From Longimicrobiales bacterium (GTDB lineage Bacteria; Gemmatimonadota; Gemmatimonadetes; Longimicrobiales; Gaopeijiaceae): a DNA stretch of 64,000 nucleotides. The translations under genes and the position numbers were made by a program. Each line of letters begins with the position of its first letter. Position 1 is the first letter of the stretch. Location: contig CBDFIQ010000002.1 in assembly GCA_965248195.1 (NCBI GenBank), positions 1,792,001 through 1,856,000 on the forward strand, given 5' to 3'. Positions 1 to 9,873 of the stretch are shown one piece after another. The notes under the pieces were generated by a model. The model was not told the DNA's origin and did no database searches. It saw only the letters and a program-made list of their open reading frames with translations.

Positions 1-1
1 G

Positions 2-400
2 TCGCTCCTCGCATTCACCGGACCCCTGAGGGGCCAGGAAGTGAACTCGGACGTGAAGATCCCGCCCCCGAGGGAGCTCGCGAACGGCGCCCCGGCGATC
101 AACGCGATCCTTTTGGGAACAGAATTGCTCTTCCGCTCGTCGGATCAACTATTCCAGGGCTCGCTGGCTCAAGCCGCAGTGGGCAACTTGAATGAGGGAC
201 AGACGAGAGCAGAGTTCGGTAATTTCACGACCTCCCTCCTGGTCAAAGCCGGGATCATTACTTTCGATCGCCCGCCCGCCCGTCTGGCCGCCTCCGTAGA
301 GAACTCCGAGGACGGCTCCCGGCCGGCTTGGACCGGTCGGACTCCGATGACGCCCTCGGTAAATCGGACGGGCCGCTCCGCATCGCTGCGGCGACGCTGA
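2..400 (+). CDS. Hypothetical protein, 5'-partial
   Basis: Frame is open from the window edge (SLLAFTGPLRGQEVNSDV...) to TGA at 400; no recognisable motif. Confidence 0.3.
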   Translation, partial: SLLAFTGPLRGQEVNSDVKIPPPRELANGAPAINAILLGTELLFRSSDQLFQGSLAQAAVGNLNEGQTRAEFGNFTTSLLVKAGIITFDRPPARLAASVENSEDGSRPAWTGRTPMTPSVNRTGRSASLRRR

Positions 401-550
401 TTCGAGGCGTACCGGAGGGCGCCCTCCGACACGTCCCACTCAGGAGGTCGTTCTCGTTCGTCCCATCGAGTATCTTTGCGTCGGCGACGAATAGACACGC
501 TATGCGTCTTTAAGCGGTTCCCGACAGGAGACCACCCTTTGAAGGAATTG

Positions 551-937
551 ATGGTCGAAACTTCAACCCAGAAGCTTTATTGGGACGGTGAGAATGAGAT
601 CGTGTGGGGTGAACTCTTCGCCGACCAAACAACAAAAGAACGGGCCAAGGAAAATGTCGATGCACAAGAGAGGGTTCGCGATATCCTCGGTAAAGCGAAA
701 ACCCGTGTGCTCATAGATATCGCCGCAATATCCGAGATATCAAAAGAGGCGAGAGATTACTTCGCTAACGAAAGAACGGCCTCCATTCAACGGGCCACGG
801 CATTGCTCATAAGCTCGCCGGCAAGCCGGGTAATCGGCAACTTCTTCATGGGCCTGAATAAGCCGATCTCGCCAACCAGATTATTCACTGATCCGCACGA
901 GGCGATCAAGTGGTTACAAACGTATAGTGATGAGTGA
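551..937 (+). CDS. STAS/SEC14 (SpoIIAA-like) small domain protein
   Basis: GAAGGA RBS before ATG 551; VLIDI...SKEARDYF...ALLISSPASRVIGNFF...PTRLFTD..EAIKWL pattern; overlaps the kinase start. Confidence 0.7.
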   Translation: MVETSTQKLYWDGENEIVWGELFADQTTKERAKENVDAQERVRDILGKAKTRVLIDIAAISEISKEARDYFANERTASIQRATALLISSPASRVIGNFFMGLNKPISPTRLFTDPHEAIKWLQTYSDE

Positions 938-1823
938 GCAACCCCGATGGGACGCCATCTTGGGAATGCTGGAGAGTATCGCGTCCCTTGACTTCTCCCG
1001 CACCCTTCCGATAAGCGGCAAAGCCGACAACATGGATGCCGTCGCTTCAGGCCTGAACATGCTGAGTGAGGAGCTTTACAACAACGTGGTGGAGAGGTCG
1101 AAGCTGGAAGACATCGTCAAGAAACTCGAAGTGGCGAATCAGGAGCTACAGTCCTTCAACCACGCCCTTGCGCACGATCTGAGGAATCCGCTGCTGATCG
1201 TGACCAACTTCAGCCACCAGCTCCACGAAGCCATCGGCCATTCGCTTAATGAACGGCACAAAGACGACCTACAGCGCATTCGGTCCGCAGGTCGGCACAT
1301 GATACATCTCATCGACGACCTTAGCGACCTCGCTGATGTGAACCAAGTCGAGATCAATCGGGCGGAAGTCGACATGTCTTCCTTGGCGCGGGGGATCATC
1401 GACGATCTGAGGGTGCTGGTCCCGGATCGTGACGTGAGGTTCGAGGCGGAGTCTGGAATCAAGGCCCTTGGCGACAATAGGCTCCTGAGAATTCTCCTGA
1501 CCAACCTGCTCCAGAATGCATGGAAGTACACTATACACAGCGAGGACGCGTGGATCGAGCTGGGCGTCTCTGAGAACGAGGGTGATGTTCCAACCTACTA
1601 CGTGCGAGACAATGGGATCGGCTTCGACAACGCGCACCGTGAGAAAATTTTCAAAGCCTTCGAGCGGCTCCATACCAGGAACGAGTTCGCCGGGAGCGGA
1701 CTCGGGCTCGCAACGGTTCAGCGGATCGTGCGTCGCCACGGCGGGCGAGTGTGGGGCGACGGCGTCGTGGGAGAGGGGGCGGTGTTCCGCTTTACGCTCG
1801 CCCCTTCTTCGACCGACCCATAG
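927..1823 (+). CDS. Cytoplasmic sensor histidine kinase (HisKA + HATPase)
   Basis: H-box AHDLRNPL, N-box NLLQNAWKY, G1 DNGIGF, F-box IFKAFERLH, G2 GSGLGLA; no TM segment. Confidence 0.93.
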   Translation: MMSEQPRWDAILGMLESIASLDFSRTLPISGKADNMDAVASGLNMLSEELYNNVVERSKLEDIVKKLEVANQELQSFNHALAHDLRNPLLIVTNFSHQLHEAIGHSLNERHKDDLQRIRSAGRHMIHLIDDLSDLADVNQVEINRAEVDMSSLARGIIDDLRVLVPDRDVRFEAESGIKALGDNRLLRILLTNLLQNAWKYTIHSEDAWIELGVSENEGDVPTYYVRDNGIGFDNAHREKIFKAFERLHTRNEFAGSGLGLATVQRIVRRHGGRVWGDGVVGEGAVFRFTLAPSSTDP

Positions 1824-2052
1824 ACACCTTCTAAGAGCAACGACCACCCACAACTTCGGGAGAGGCTGTCTTCTCAGGGGCGGCGTCACGCCATCAGTGT
1901 CGGTGGTTGATCAAGGGCTGGGGAAGCCCCGAAAGGTCCAATTGGTAGACCGGGTGCGAGCGATCGTTCGCGGGCCAATCCCTCTCTGCCAACGTACGTG
2001 AGACACGGAGCACGCAAAGAATTAGAGTAGGGCGAAGGCAGAGAAAACGAAC

Positions 2053-2502
2053 ATGTTGGGACTGCGAGAGAGAATGGAAGAGAATGGTAGTGCCCCTGGA
2101 ATCGGGGAGGCCAAGCGAAGCGCGGCAGCTCCTGCGGACCCGGAGGTAGTAGATAGGCCGCTACGCCGGCGGTTCAGTCCATCGTACAAGCTGCGGATCG
2201 TCGAAGAAGCGGACCGGTGCACCGAGCCCGGCGAGGTGGGTCAGCTCCTGCGGCGCGAGGGCCTGTACTCGTCGCACCTGACGACGTGGCGCAAGGCGGC
2301 GCATAGCGGGTCGCTGAAGGCCCTGTCGAAGAAACGCGGCCGCAAGCCGGAGCGGAATCCGCTGGATGAGAAGGTACGCAAGCTGGAGCGGCAAAACGCA
2401 CGGCTCGAGAATGAGCTCAGGAAGGCACACCTGATCATCGACGTGCAGGGAAAAGTTGCGGGGCTGCTGGGGATAAGCCTCGACGACGGGACGAACTCTT
2501 GA
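2053..2502 (+). CDS. IS3 transposase OrfA (HTH)
   Basis: RRRFSPSYKLRIV...LLRREGLYSSHLTTWR plus coiled coil; slippery GGGAAAA at 2448-2454. Confidence 0.92.
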   Translation: MLGLRERMEENGSAPGIGEAKRSAAAPADPEVVDRPLRRRFSPSYKLRIVEEADRCTEPGEVGQLLRREGLYSSHLTTWRKAAHSGSLKALSKKRGRKPERNPLDEKVRKLERQNARLENELRKAHLIIDVQGKVAGLLGISLDDGTNS

Positions 2503-3506
2503 AGGCGGCCGATGAGCTGGCTAAGCACGTCGGTGTAAAACCGGCGTGCGCGGCTCTCGAGGTCTCCCGATCGACGTTCTACCGTCGTCGAGGCCCATCG
2601 ACCGGGCAACGGCAGCCCCGCCCGACGCCCGCCCGGGCATTGAGCGAGACGGAACGAGGCGAGGTCTTCGACACGCTGTGTTCGGAGCGGTTCGTGGACC
2701 GCTCACCCGCCGAGGTGGTGGCCACGCTGCTCGACGAAGAGGTCTACCTGTGCAGCGAACGCACGATGTATCGTGTTCTGGCCTCCGAGGTGCCGGTTCA
2801 GGAACGCCGGGCGCAGCGCACCCATCCCGAGTACAAGAAGCCCGAGTTGATGGCCACGGCGCCGAACCAGGTGTGGTCCTGGGATATCACGCGGCTACTC
2901 GGGCCGAAGAAGTGGAGCTATTACTACCTCTACGTCATCATGGACATCTACAGCCGCTACGTCGTGGGCTGGATGGTGGCGGACCGGGAGAACTCGGCCC
3001 TGGCCGGCCGGTTGATCCAGCAGAGCTGCCTGAAGCATGGCGTCCAGCCCCGGGTCCTGACCCTGCACTCGGATCGGGGAGCTCCAATGACGAGCCAATG
3101 CACCGCTCAACTTCTCGCTGACCTCGGCGTGACTCGCTCGTTGAGCCGGCCTCAGGTGTCGGATGACAACCCGTTTTCCGAGGCTCAGTTCAAAACCTTG
3201 AAGTACCATCCCTCGTTTCCCGGGCGGTTCGGGGATCAGGGCCAGGCCAAGACGTTGTGTCGATCGTTCTTCCGCTGGTACAATGCCGAGCACCGCCATG
3301 GCGGTATCTCGATGCTAACCCCCGAGCAGGTCCACTTCGGGAACGCCGATCAGGTCATTGCCGGCAGGAAATCCGTGCTCCGCGAAGCATGGGCCGCTCA
3401 TCCCGAACGCTTCGTCACAGGTGTGCCGAAGCCCAAACCGCTCCCGGAGGCCGTCTACATCAATCCTCCCATCCCTTCCCTCACCACACAGGATATTGCT
3501 CTCTAA
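2499..3506 (+). CDS. IS3 transposase OrfB (rve/DDE)
   Basis: PNQVWSWDIT, HSDRG, DNPFSEAQFKTLK, WYNAEHRH. Confidence 0.95.
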   Translation: MKAADELAKHVGVKPACAALEVSRSTFYRRRGPSTGQRQPRPTPARALSETERGEVFDTLCSERFVDRSPAEVVATLLDEEVYLCSERTMYRVLASEVPVQERRAQRTHPEYKKPELMATAPNQVWSWDITRLLGPKKWSYYYLYVIMDIYSRYVVGWMVADRENSALAGRLIQQSCLKHGVQPRVLTLHSDRGAPMTSQCTAQLLADLGVTRSLSRPQVSDDNPFSEAQFKTLKYHPSFPGRFGDQGQAKTLCRSFFRWYNAEHRHGGISMLTPEQVHFGNADQVIAGRKSVLREAWAAHPERFVTGVPKPKPLPEAVYINPPIPSLTTQDIAL

Positions 3507-4748
3507 TTAATCCCGTAGAGTGTCCCATTGTCGTTGACAGGTTCCGAATCGGCCGGATCGTTCGGCCTGAACAGAGCCCCGATCTGAGCCATACCTGGCT
3601 GGGTCTCTCCCGTCGGGTTGTCGTAGACACCCACAATGCGGTACGTGTGATTCGTCTTCAACTCGATGCTGGCGTCGAAGAGATTGAAGAAGCGACGGAA
3701 GATCTTCTGCTCCACCGACGAGACCTTCCCCTCTGGATCTCTGTCGCTCTCCAGCCGGAAGAGGACTCTCCCGGTCTCGACGTCCTCCAGGCGGACTTCT
3801 ACGCCGTAGTCGTGTACGTGCCCTCCCGCGGCGAGGAGCTTCCCGCCGGTGGGAACCTCGAATTCGTACGACTTCTCGAAGTGACCCGGCGGCACGTCGA
3901 AGGACGTTCGATCACCGATTTTCAAGTCCACGTCCAGGTAAACCACGGTGAGCGGGGCGCGGCCCTCCTCCAGCTCACCATAGGGGAGCACGAGCTCGAG
4001 GTACACGTCCTCGATGTCCTTGCCCGTGTCGTTGTGCCAAGCGACGTACCAGCCGAGGCTGTCCCCACGCTCAAGCACCACCTGGTGCGAATTCGGCAGC
4101 TTGATGTCCGGGGTCTCGGAGCCGATCGCGATGAGGCGTGTCGGCACCGGATAGACGAGCTCACGCCGATCAAAGTTGAGGGCGTTCAGGTGGTGGATAA
4201 GGACGCGAGGTAGGGGCGTGCCGTCGCCAGAGAAGACCCCTAGCTTGAATCCCCTGAGTCCCCCGTCGACGGGCCAGACGACAGGGAGGAGCGGAGTCTT
4301 CATCGAGGAGTCGTGCCCGCCGTGTTCCATGCCTCCGGCTTCGTCCATCACCGTCTGCTGAACGTGGAAAGGCCCTGCCACCACCACGACCTCGCGACGG
4401 TCCGTGTCCACCCAGACATGGCTCTCTGGCTCGTCGGGCGTTCCCGTCATCTGCGGGATAGGCGGCTGTAGCTCACCGCCATAATCGGTCGTGGCGCAGG
4501 AAGCCACAGCTAGAAGGATGACGGGATTGAAACGTCGGAACATGGGGCGATTCCCCTCAATCGTGAGTGGCCAATAGTGTCCGCTGGGCCGGTAAGGAAC
4601 CCCGAGTGGCTTTAGAGACGTTGAGAAGCTCGCTGGACTCCAGGCCAGAAGGCAAGCCTCCGGCCCGCGTACCGTAGAAAGTGAAAGTGGGTCTGAAGGG
4701 CACGGGCCCGGGGCGGCCGGACAGCCTCCCAGAGTCCTAGCACTTTTG

Positions 4749-6220
4749 TTAGCCTGGCGGTCTCACGTTGCTGTTTAGCCGAAACATGTTCATCGGATCG
4801 TGCCGACCCTTCATCTCCGTGAGGCGTTCGTAGGCAGGGCCGTAGTTCCCCGCAGCCGACTCGTCGATCTCGAATTCGATATTATCGTAGTACCCGCCCG
4901 TGAACGGCTCGAGCTGATTATACCAGTCGCGTGTGCTCGCGATGACTTCCTCATCCTCTGCCGGCTCATTCCAGAGGCTGGCGAACACAAGCATCGTTTC
5001 CGCGTTGCGATGGGGGAACGCCGTCGTAAGCTCATCGACGCGGCCAACCGCGCCACCAGCCGTGGGGAGCCTAGGAAGATCCGAGGATCGGGCCGATATG
5101 CCTCGATCATCGCGTCAACGAAGGCTGGCGTTATCTCCCTGACCATCCCGTTCTTGGCATACGATCGAATACCCGGATGCGCGGCGGCGTCCTGTGAAGT
5201 CTGCATCACCATGTAGTCGTTCAAATCGACGCCGTTCTCGAACGGCTGGCCAATCCCGAGCAATGGCGCAAGCTCCCTTTCACCAGACACGGGATCGGCG
5301 GCGTAAACGACTTCCATGACGAGCACACCCTGGCCTTCCGGCGTCGTCATCATTGCCGGGGCAACATACAGATCGTCCGACAGGCCCGCGTACCAGTCGG
5401 CATAGAAATCGAGCACTTCCCGCGCCTGCTCGATGGGCCAGACGATGTTCCCCGACAACACTGCGAGCTCGAAAGGATGCAGCTGATACTCGAATTCCGT
5501 CACGACACCGAAATTGCCGCCGCCACCACGAATCGCCCAGAAAAGATCGGCGTCCTCTTCATCGTTGATCCTTCGGACCTGCCCGTCGGCCGTGACGATC
5601 TCAGCGGACTTCAGGTTGTCGATCGTCAGTCCGAACTTGCGGTTGAGACGGCCGAAGCCGCCACCGAGCGTGTAGCCGCCGACCCCGGTATGCGAAACCA
5701 CCCCGGCAGTGGTGATCAGCCCGTGCTCTCGTGCAGCGGTGTCGAGCCCGATCAGCAGGGCGCCACCCTGCGCGTGTGCGCGTTGTGCTACCGGATCGAC
5801 ACTGACGGTGCTCATCCGCGACAGGTCGATCATCAAGCCACCGTCGCACACTGATTTGCCCGGCCAGCTGTGGCCGCCGCCGCGCACGGCGACCAGCAAC
5901 TCCCGTGCGCGGGCAAACGTCACGGCATGGCTCACGTCTTCGGCGTTCATACAGCGAGCGATCAAGGCGGGGCGCTTGTCGTGCATCCCGTTCCAGATCA
6001 TGCGCGCGCTGTCGTATTGAGGATGACCAGAAAGCAGGACCGGCCCCATGAGGCTCTCGCCAAGCTCCCTGATCGCGGCAGCCTCCAGCTCGATTTCGGC
6101 ACCGTTGAGCGAGACGGCCGCAATGCTCGTGTCTGCCTGCCGCGCACATCCGAACAGCCACGGATTGGATGCAGCGACGCCGGTAGCGACCGCTGAACGA
6201 CAGAATTGGCGTCGGTCTAT
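4749..6220 (-). pseudogene. Tat-exported FAD-linked oxidase (BBE/VAO family), frameshifted
   Basis: DRRQFC Tat motif, RGGGHS covalent-FAD motif, GGGGNFGVVT, C-terminal DPMNMFRLN. One-base frameshift at GGGG 5064-5067; expected start reads ATA (6218-6220). Confidence 0.8.
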
Positions 6221-6712
6221 GATGTACCCCCCGGGGCATTCGAGTCGCTGATCACCGCCACGAGTGTGGGGCAAGTCGGCCACTGCATTGTGCCTCGCTG
6301 GTGACCGCAGGGCAAGCGGAGGAAGCGGGTATATGGAAGCTTCTGGGTGGCCGTCTTTTCGTTCAGCCGAGCGGGCGACCGGGTTGAATCGCAGATTCGT
6401 CAGACCTATCCCTCAATCGATCTGTTTTACCGACGCCTTCCCTCGAGATAGGATGCGAGCTCGCTGACCGACCTTGCGGGTCCCCAAAATCGACTAGACA
6501 CCCTCCACCTCGTTGGCGATCTTCACGCGGAGTCGGCTTCGCCACCGTTGAGAGGAGTTTCCGGTTTAATGGTATGTCTATCCAAGGTGTCGCCGATAGT
6601 GAGGTAGGGGGTAGCTGGCGGGGGTCTGTGCCCTATGGGTGCCCTAACTCCGATTTCAGAGCCCTACAAAGACCACTCCTACGACACGTAAAAAATTACG
6701 GCACAACAACTT

Positions 6713-6786
<74 letters not shown>

Positions 6787-6939
6787 CTTAGGGAACGTGA
6801 AGCTCTACTTGGACTTAGACTGTCTGAGTTGGAGCTTTGTCGTAGGTGCTGAGACACCATACTGTCGATCGCTACTGTCGGTTTAAGCACCTGCTTGGCC
6901 AGTCCTCCTGGCCCGAATCGCCTTCCGCAGACCCCTCCT

Positions 6940-7461
6940 CTACTTTTCCGTTTTGTCGCTCGACTCTTCCGAGGCGCTCAGGGCAAAGAGCGTTCGGTTC
7001 AGGTCCTTCACCTTACGCAAGAACTCATGCGAGCCGTAGCCCGCCAGAAGCGTGATCCCGAGGTATAGCACCGCGGCGCGCTCCTCTATGAGAACCGTAT
7101 CGGATCCGACAGAAAGCGTGAGCACACCGCCGTAGACGAGGGCGAAAACGAAGATCCCACAGAGAGCGCCGGACACGGGCCGTAGCCGGTAGGTTAGCTC
7201 AAAGTGGTCAAAAAAGTCCTGTTCTTGCATGTGTTTTACGATGCCCCGGAGGTTGTAGAGGCATCCACCGAGAGCACCCCCGAGCAACATCATGAATACC
7301 AGAGCCACTTGCCTCAGAACGTCCGCGTCCCATGCGCCAGTAGCGAACGGATAGACCAACAGGAGGAGGAGCACCAACGAAGCCGTCGCCGCCACTGTAA
7401 ATCTGGCTAGCCGCCCGGCAAGCTCCGCATTATGGCCATCCGCCGGGTCCGACTTGCTCAT
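6940..7461 (-). CDS. Hypothetical membrane protein (about 4 TM)
   Basis: Hydrophobic segments with GGALGG and YRLRP.SGAL.G motifs; GAGGG RBS. Confidence 0.75.
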   Translation of the reverse strand: MSKSDPADGHNAELAGRLARFTVAATASLVLLLLLVYPFATGAWDADVLRQVALVFMMLLGGALGGCLYNLRGIVKHMQEQDFFDHFELTYRLRPVSGALCGIFVFALVYGGVLTLSVGSDTVLIEERAAVLYLGITLLAGYGSHEFLRKVKDLNRTLFALSASEESSDKTEK

Positions 7462-7496
7462 GTGGATCCCTCGTCGAAGAGCTATCTAACGTCTCT

Positions 7497-7557
7497 GCGA
7501 TTCCCCTGCGCATCACCCTGCCCATGCGAGCCGCAAACTGCAAGGCGAGCACTTCGG
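7497..7557 (-). repeat. Repeat A copy 1 (promoter-like leader)
   Basis: 49/61 identical to 8584-8644; minus strand reads TTGCAG-17bp-CAGGGT. Confidence 0.8.
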
Positions 7558-7810
7558 AGTAGCCGTTCGCGTTGCGAGCTTACGGAGGAGTCCCAAGAGT
7601 GAAGGGATCGCGCATCAGGCGACCAAGCCGCAAATTGAAGGCCACCGGAGGACCGCGCCGTGGACCAACAACTTTACACCAAAGCCGTCTGGTTCATCTC
7701 AAGCTTGGACAAACGCTACGCCATCAACAAGGGCGTAGGGTGGGTGTACGCGCTACGCAACTTCTCGGGCTGATGCTCGCCGCGACAGTAGCAATCGCGT
7801 GTCCGGTCGA

Positions 7811-8539
7811 TCACCTGCGAGCCTGATCGCCCACTCCCCCACGCATCTGCCTTATCTCATCTGCCAGCAGGGCGAGCGCAGCTTCCTGTTCCTCTTCCTC
7901 TGGCTTGAGGAGCCACACAGCGAACAGGGCGGTGATCGTCCCGAACAAGGCAATGCCGACAAACATGATGCCCGCTGCGATCGCCCTGCCCTCTACGGTG
8001 ACCAGATAATAGTCGCCAAAACCGGCAGTTGAGATGGTGACCACTGTCCACCAAAGAGCGTCGGAGGCGGTTAGGATATTGCCGCCCGCCGGGGCCTCTA
8101 CCACAAGAATAGCGATGCTGCCGAAGAAGATCGTCAGCATGACCACGAGGACGGCGGACAAAAAGGCGCTTTGGGATCGCTGCCGAAGAACGATTGCCCC
8201 GAGGAGCCGAATAGAACGAACGCCTCGAAGGACCCGAAGTAGGCGTGCGACCCTTGCCGCTCGACCCCAGCGGAGAGCTAAAACGGACGGAATGCTGGAG
8301 AGAAGGTCCAGCCAACCCCAAGTCAGGAAATACCGAAGTCGGTTTTCGGCCCGGTAGAGGCTGTGGAAGAAGTCCCCGAGGAAGATCAGCGCGGCGATTG
8401 TATCGAACGCCAGCAGGATTTGGCTTACCTCGCGGCCCGGCGACGTGATCGCCTCCGCAGCCAGCACAAGCAACACGACCACACAGAGGGCCAACATGAA
8501 CAGTTGGTATGGCGTGCCCTGAGAACCCTCGTTTTCCAA
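7811..8539 (-). CDS. Voltage-gated-type potassium channel (KvAP-like, 6 TM)
   Basis: S4 RWGRAARVARLLRVLRGVR; pore DALWWTVVTISTAGFGD. Confidence 0.9.
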   Translation of the reverse strand: MENEGSQGTPYQLFMLALCVVVLLVLAAEAITSPGREVSQILLAFDTIAALIFLGDFFHSLYRAENRLRYFLTWGWLDLLSSIPSVLALRWGRAARVARLLRVLRGVRSIRLLGAIVLRQRSQSAFLSAVLVVMLTIFFGSIAILVVEAPAGGNILTASDALWWTVVTISTAGFGDYYLVTVEGRAIAAGIMFVGIALFGTITALFAVWLLKPEEEEQEAALALLADEIRQMRGGVGDQARR

Positions 8540-8583
8540 CAGCCCCTTGCTCCCGGTTGTCGGGCCGACCGACCTAACCCCTC

Positions 8584-8644
8584 GCGATTCTACTGCGCAT
8601 CACCATGCCGATACGAGGTGTGAACTGCAAGGCGAAGAGTTCGG
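8584..8644 (-). repeat. Repeat A copy 2 (promoter-like leader)
   Basis: Matches 7497-7557; minus strand reads TTGCAG-17bp-CATGGT. Confidence 0.8.
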
Positions 8645-8665
8645 TCCTTCTTGGCCCGCACCGTG

Positions 8666-8959
8666 TTACGGCATCAACCCCACGATCTCAGCGAATTCAT
8701 CCGGATCCCAGGCACGCATGGTGGTGCTCCTCACGTTGCCTTGGGCCGCGGTAGCCAGCGCGAACGCAGTCGCGGCCTTCTCGTCGTCGGCCTCCCAGAT
8801 TCCGATGATGTCGTAGGGGCCCTGGGTATAATAAACGCCAAGCATTTTGATTCCCATTCCCTCCGCCGCTTCGATCGCAGCCTTGGCCCTGCTGGGAGAT
8901 TCCTTCACAGCCCGAATGCCCTGGTCCGTGAAATTGTACAGTGTTGCGTACTTAGCCAT
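8666..8959 (-). CDS. GYD domain protein
   Basis: FTDQGIR..KESPSR...YYTQGPYD...GNVRSTTMRA; GAGGAGG RBS. Confidence 0.88.
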   Translation of the reverse strand: MAKYATLYNFTDQGIRAVKESPSRAKAAIEAAEGMGIKMLGVYYTQGPYDIIGIWEADDEKAATAFALATAAQGNVRSTTMRAWDPDEFAEIVGLMP

Positions 8960-9147
8960 CTGTCCGACCTCCTCTTGAGGGGTGTTTGTCGTAGAGAATG
9001 GGGATCAGTGACCAGCTTCGCAAAACAGTCCGGGAAGATCTGCTATCCGTCTCATGCGAATGAGCGAGGAGAGTGGGGAGGAGTCCCAAATCGGACTATT
9101 CGCAACTGCTCTCGATGTAGACCACGAAGTCCGGATGGTGGTCTCTA

Positions 9148-9252
9148 TCAGAAGCCTGTCGGCGGTGGTCGCTTCGCCGAAAAAAGGAAGAAGACCACTA
9201 GGAAGATCATGATCATCCCCAACATGCCGAGTCCACCGAGTCCGTTGTTCAT
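9148..9252 (-). CDS. 34-aa TatA-like membrane micro-protein or tatA remnant (not in the ORF track)
   Basis: MNNGLGGLGMLGMIMIFLVVFFLFSAKRPPPTGF* resembles the TatA N-terminus (GxGxxE...LLFGAKRLP). Confidence 0.45.
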   Translation of the reverse strand: MNNGLGGLGMLGMIMIFLVVFFLFSAKRPPPTGF

Positions 9253-9320
9253 CCGGCACGATGCCCATGAGCAGCTTGAGATGCAAGCTCACAGGCGAAC
9301 GCCTTGCGCCTCCTGAGAAG

Positions 9321-9353
9321 ACGACCACCTCCGAACGATGGGGGTGGTCATCG
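9321..9353. terminator. Repeat B copy 1, GC hairpin (terminator/REP-like)
   Basis: GACCACCTCC...GGGGGTGGTC stem; 30/33 identical to 9927-9959; ~65 nt downstream of a minus-strand stop. Confidence 0.65.
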
Positions 9354-9419
9354 GCCACCTAGGGAGTCTCGTCCGCTACACTTCTGTAGTTCATCGGCCT
9401 CCGAGTGATGACGGATCAT

Positions 9420-9791
9420 CTATCTTCCGAAATCGCTGTCAAAGTAAGGCGCAAAGGATGCGATAGCAGCTAAAGCAACACTCGTCAGGACGACGACTCC
9501 TACGGTCTTAAAGAGGCTGAAGCGCTGCACCTCTACTCGGCTGACATCACGCACGAGCAGATTTTCGGTGCCGAATCGCACTCGGCCGGTGATGATGGTG
9601 TCGCTCTCTATCGTCGCATCCCTCAGGGTCAGTTCCGTTCCGTCGCTCAGGACCACCCGAATAGGTGACGGCTCTTGTTCAACGATTAGCCGTCTTGGGC
9701 TGACAGTCGTAGGTCGCCAGCTATAACATGCGTTTAGCAGCATCAGAAGGAGTGCGGCTGTGACCCGCCGCGCTAGTGGCCGCATACTCAT
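9420..9791 (-). CDS. Hypothetical lipoprotein with C-terminal TM, paralog of 26053-26478
   Basis: AGGAGG RBS; lipobox LNAC; CYSWRPTTVSP...EVQRFSLFKT. Confidence 0.75.
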   Translation of the reverse strand: MSMRPLARRVTAALLLMLLNACYSWRPTTVSPRRLIVEQEPSPIRVVLSDGTELTLRDATIESDTIITGRVRFGTENLLVRDVSRVEVQRFSLFKTVGVVVLTSVALAAIASFAPYFDSDFGR

Positions 9792-9873
9792 AGTGGGCCT
9801 CCTTCTAGCTTCGCCGCTTGGGGGATAGCGGCTGGATACCGACACGTCGATGTTATGCTACGGGAACGTGAGC

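Larger units (their letters stand above)
1980..3546 (+). mobile_element. IS3-family insertion sequence, copy 1 (1567 bp, 3-bp TSD AAT)
   Basis: orfA/orfB; imperfect IRs TGCCAACGTACGTGAGACAC / TGTCAACGACAATGGGACAC each 7 bp inside the ends; AAT at 1977-1979 and 3547-3549. Confidence 0.95.
1894..4543 (-). pseudogene. Lipoprotein resembling copper type II (PHM/DBM-like) monooxygenase, interrupted by IS3 near its 3' end
   Basis: Lipobox LAVASC; HH, GHVHD and late Met motifs. Removing IS 1980-3546 and one AAT copy restores ...NDPAD-WPANDRSHPVYQLDLSGLPQPLINHRH* with the stop at 1894-1896. Confidence 0.7.

Noticed and set aside
3257..4213. ORFs 3257-4213 and 10502-10966 with identical N-termini
   Set aside because: Alternative frames starting inside the IS and reading into flanking DNA.
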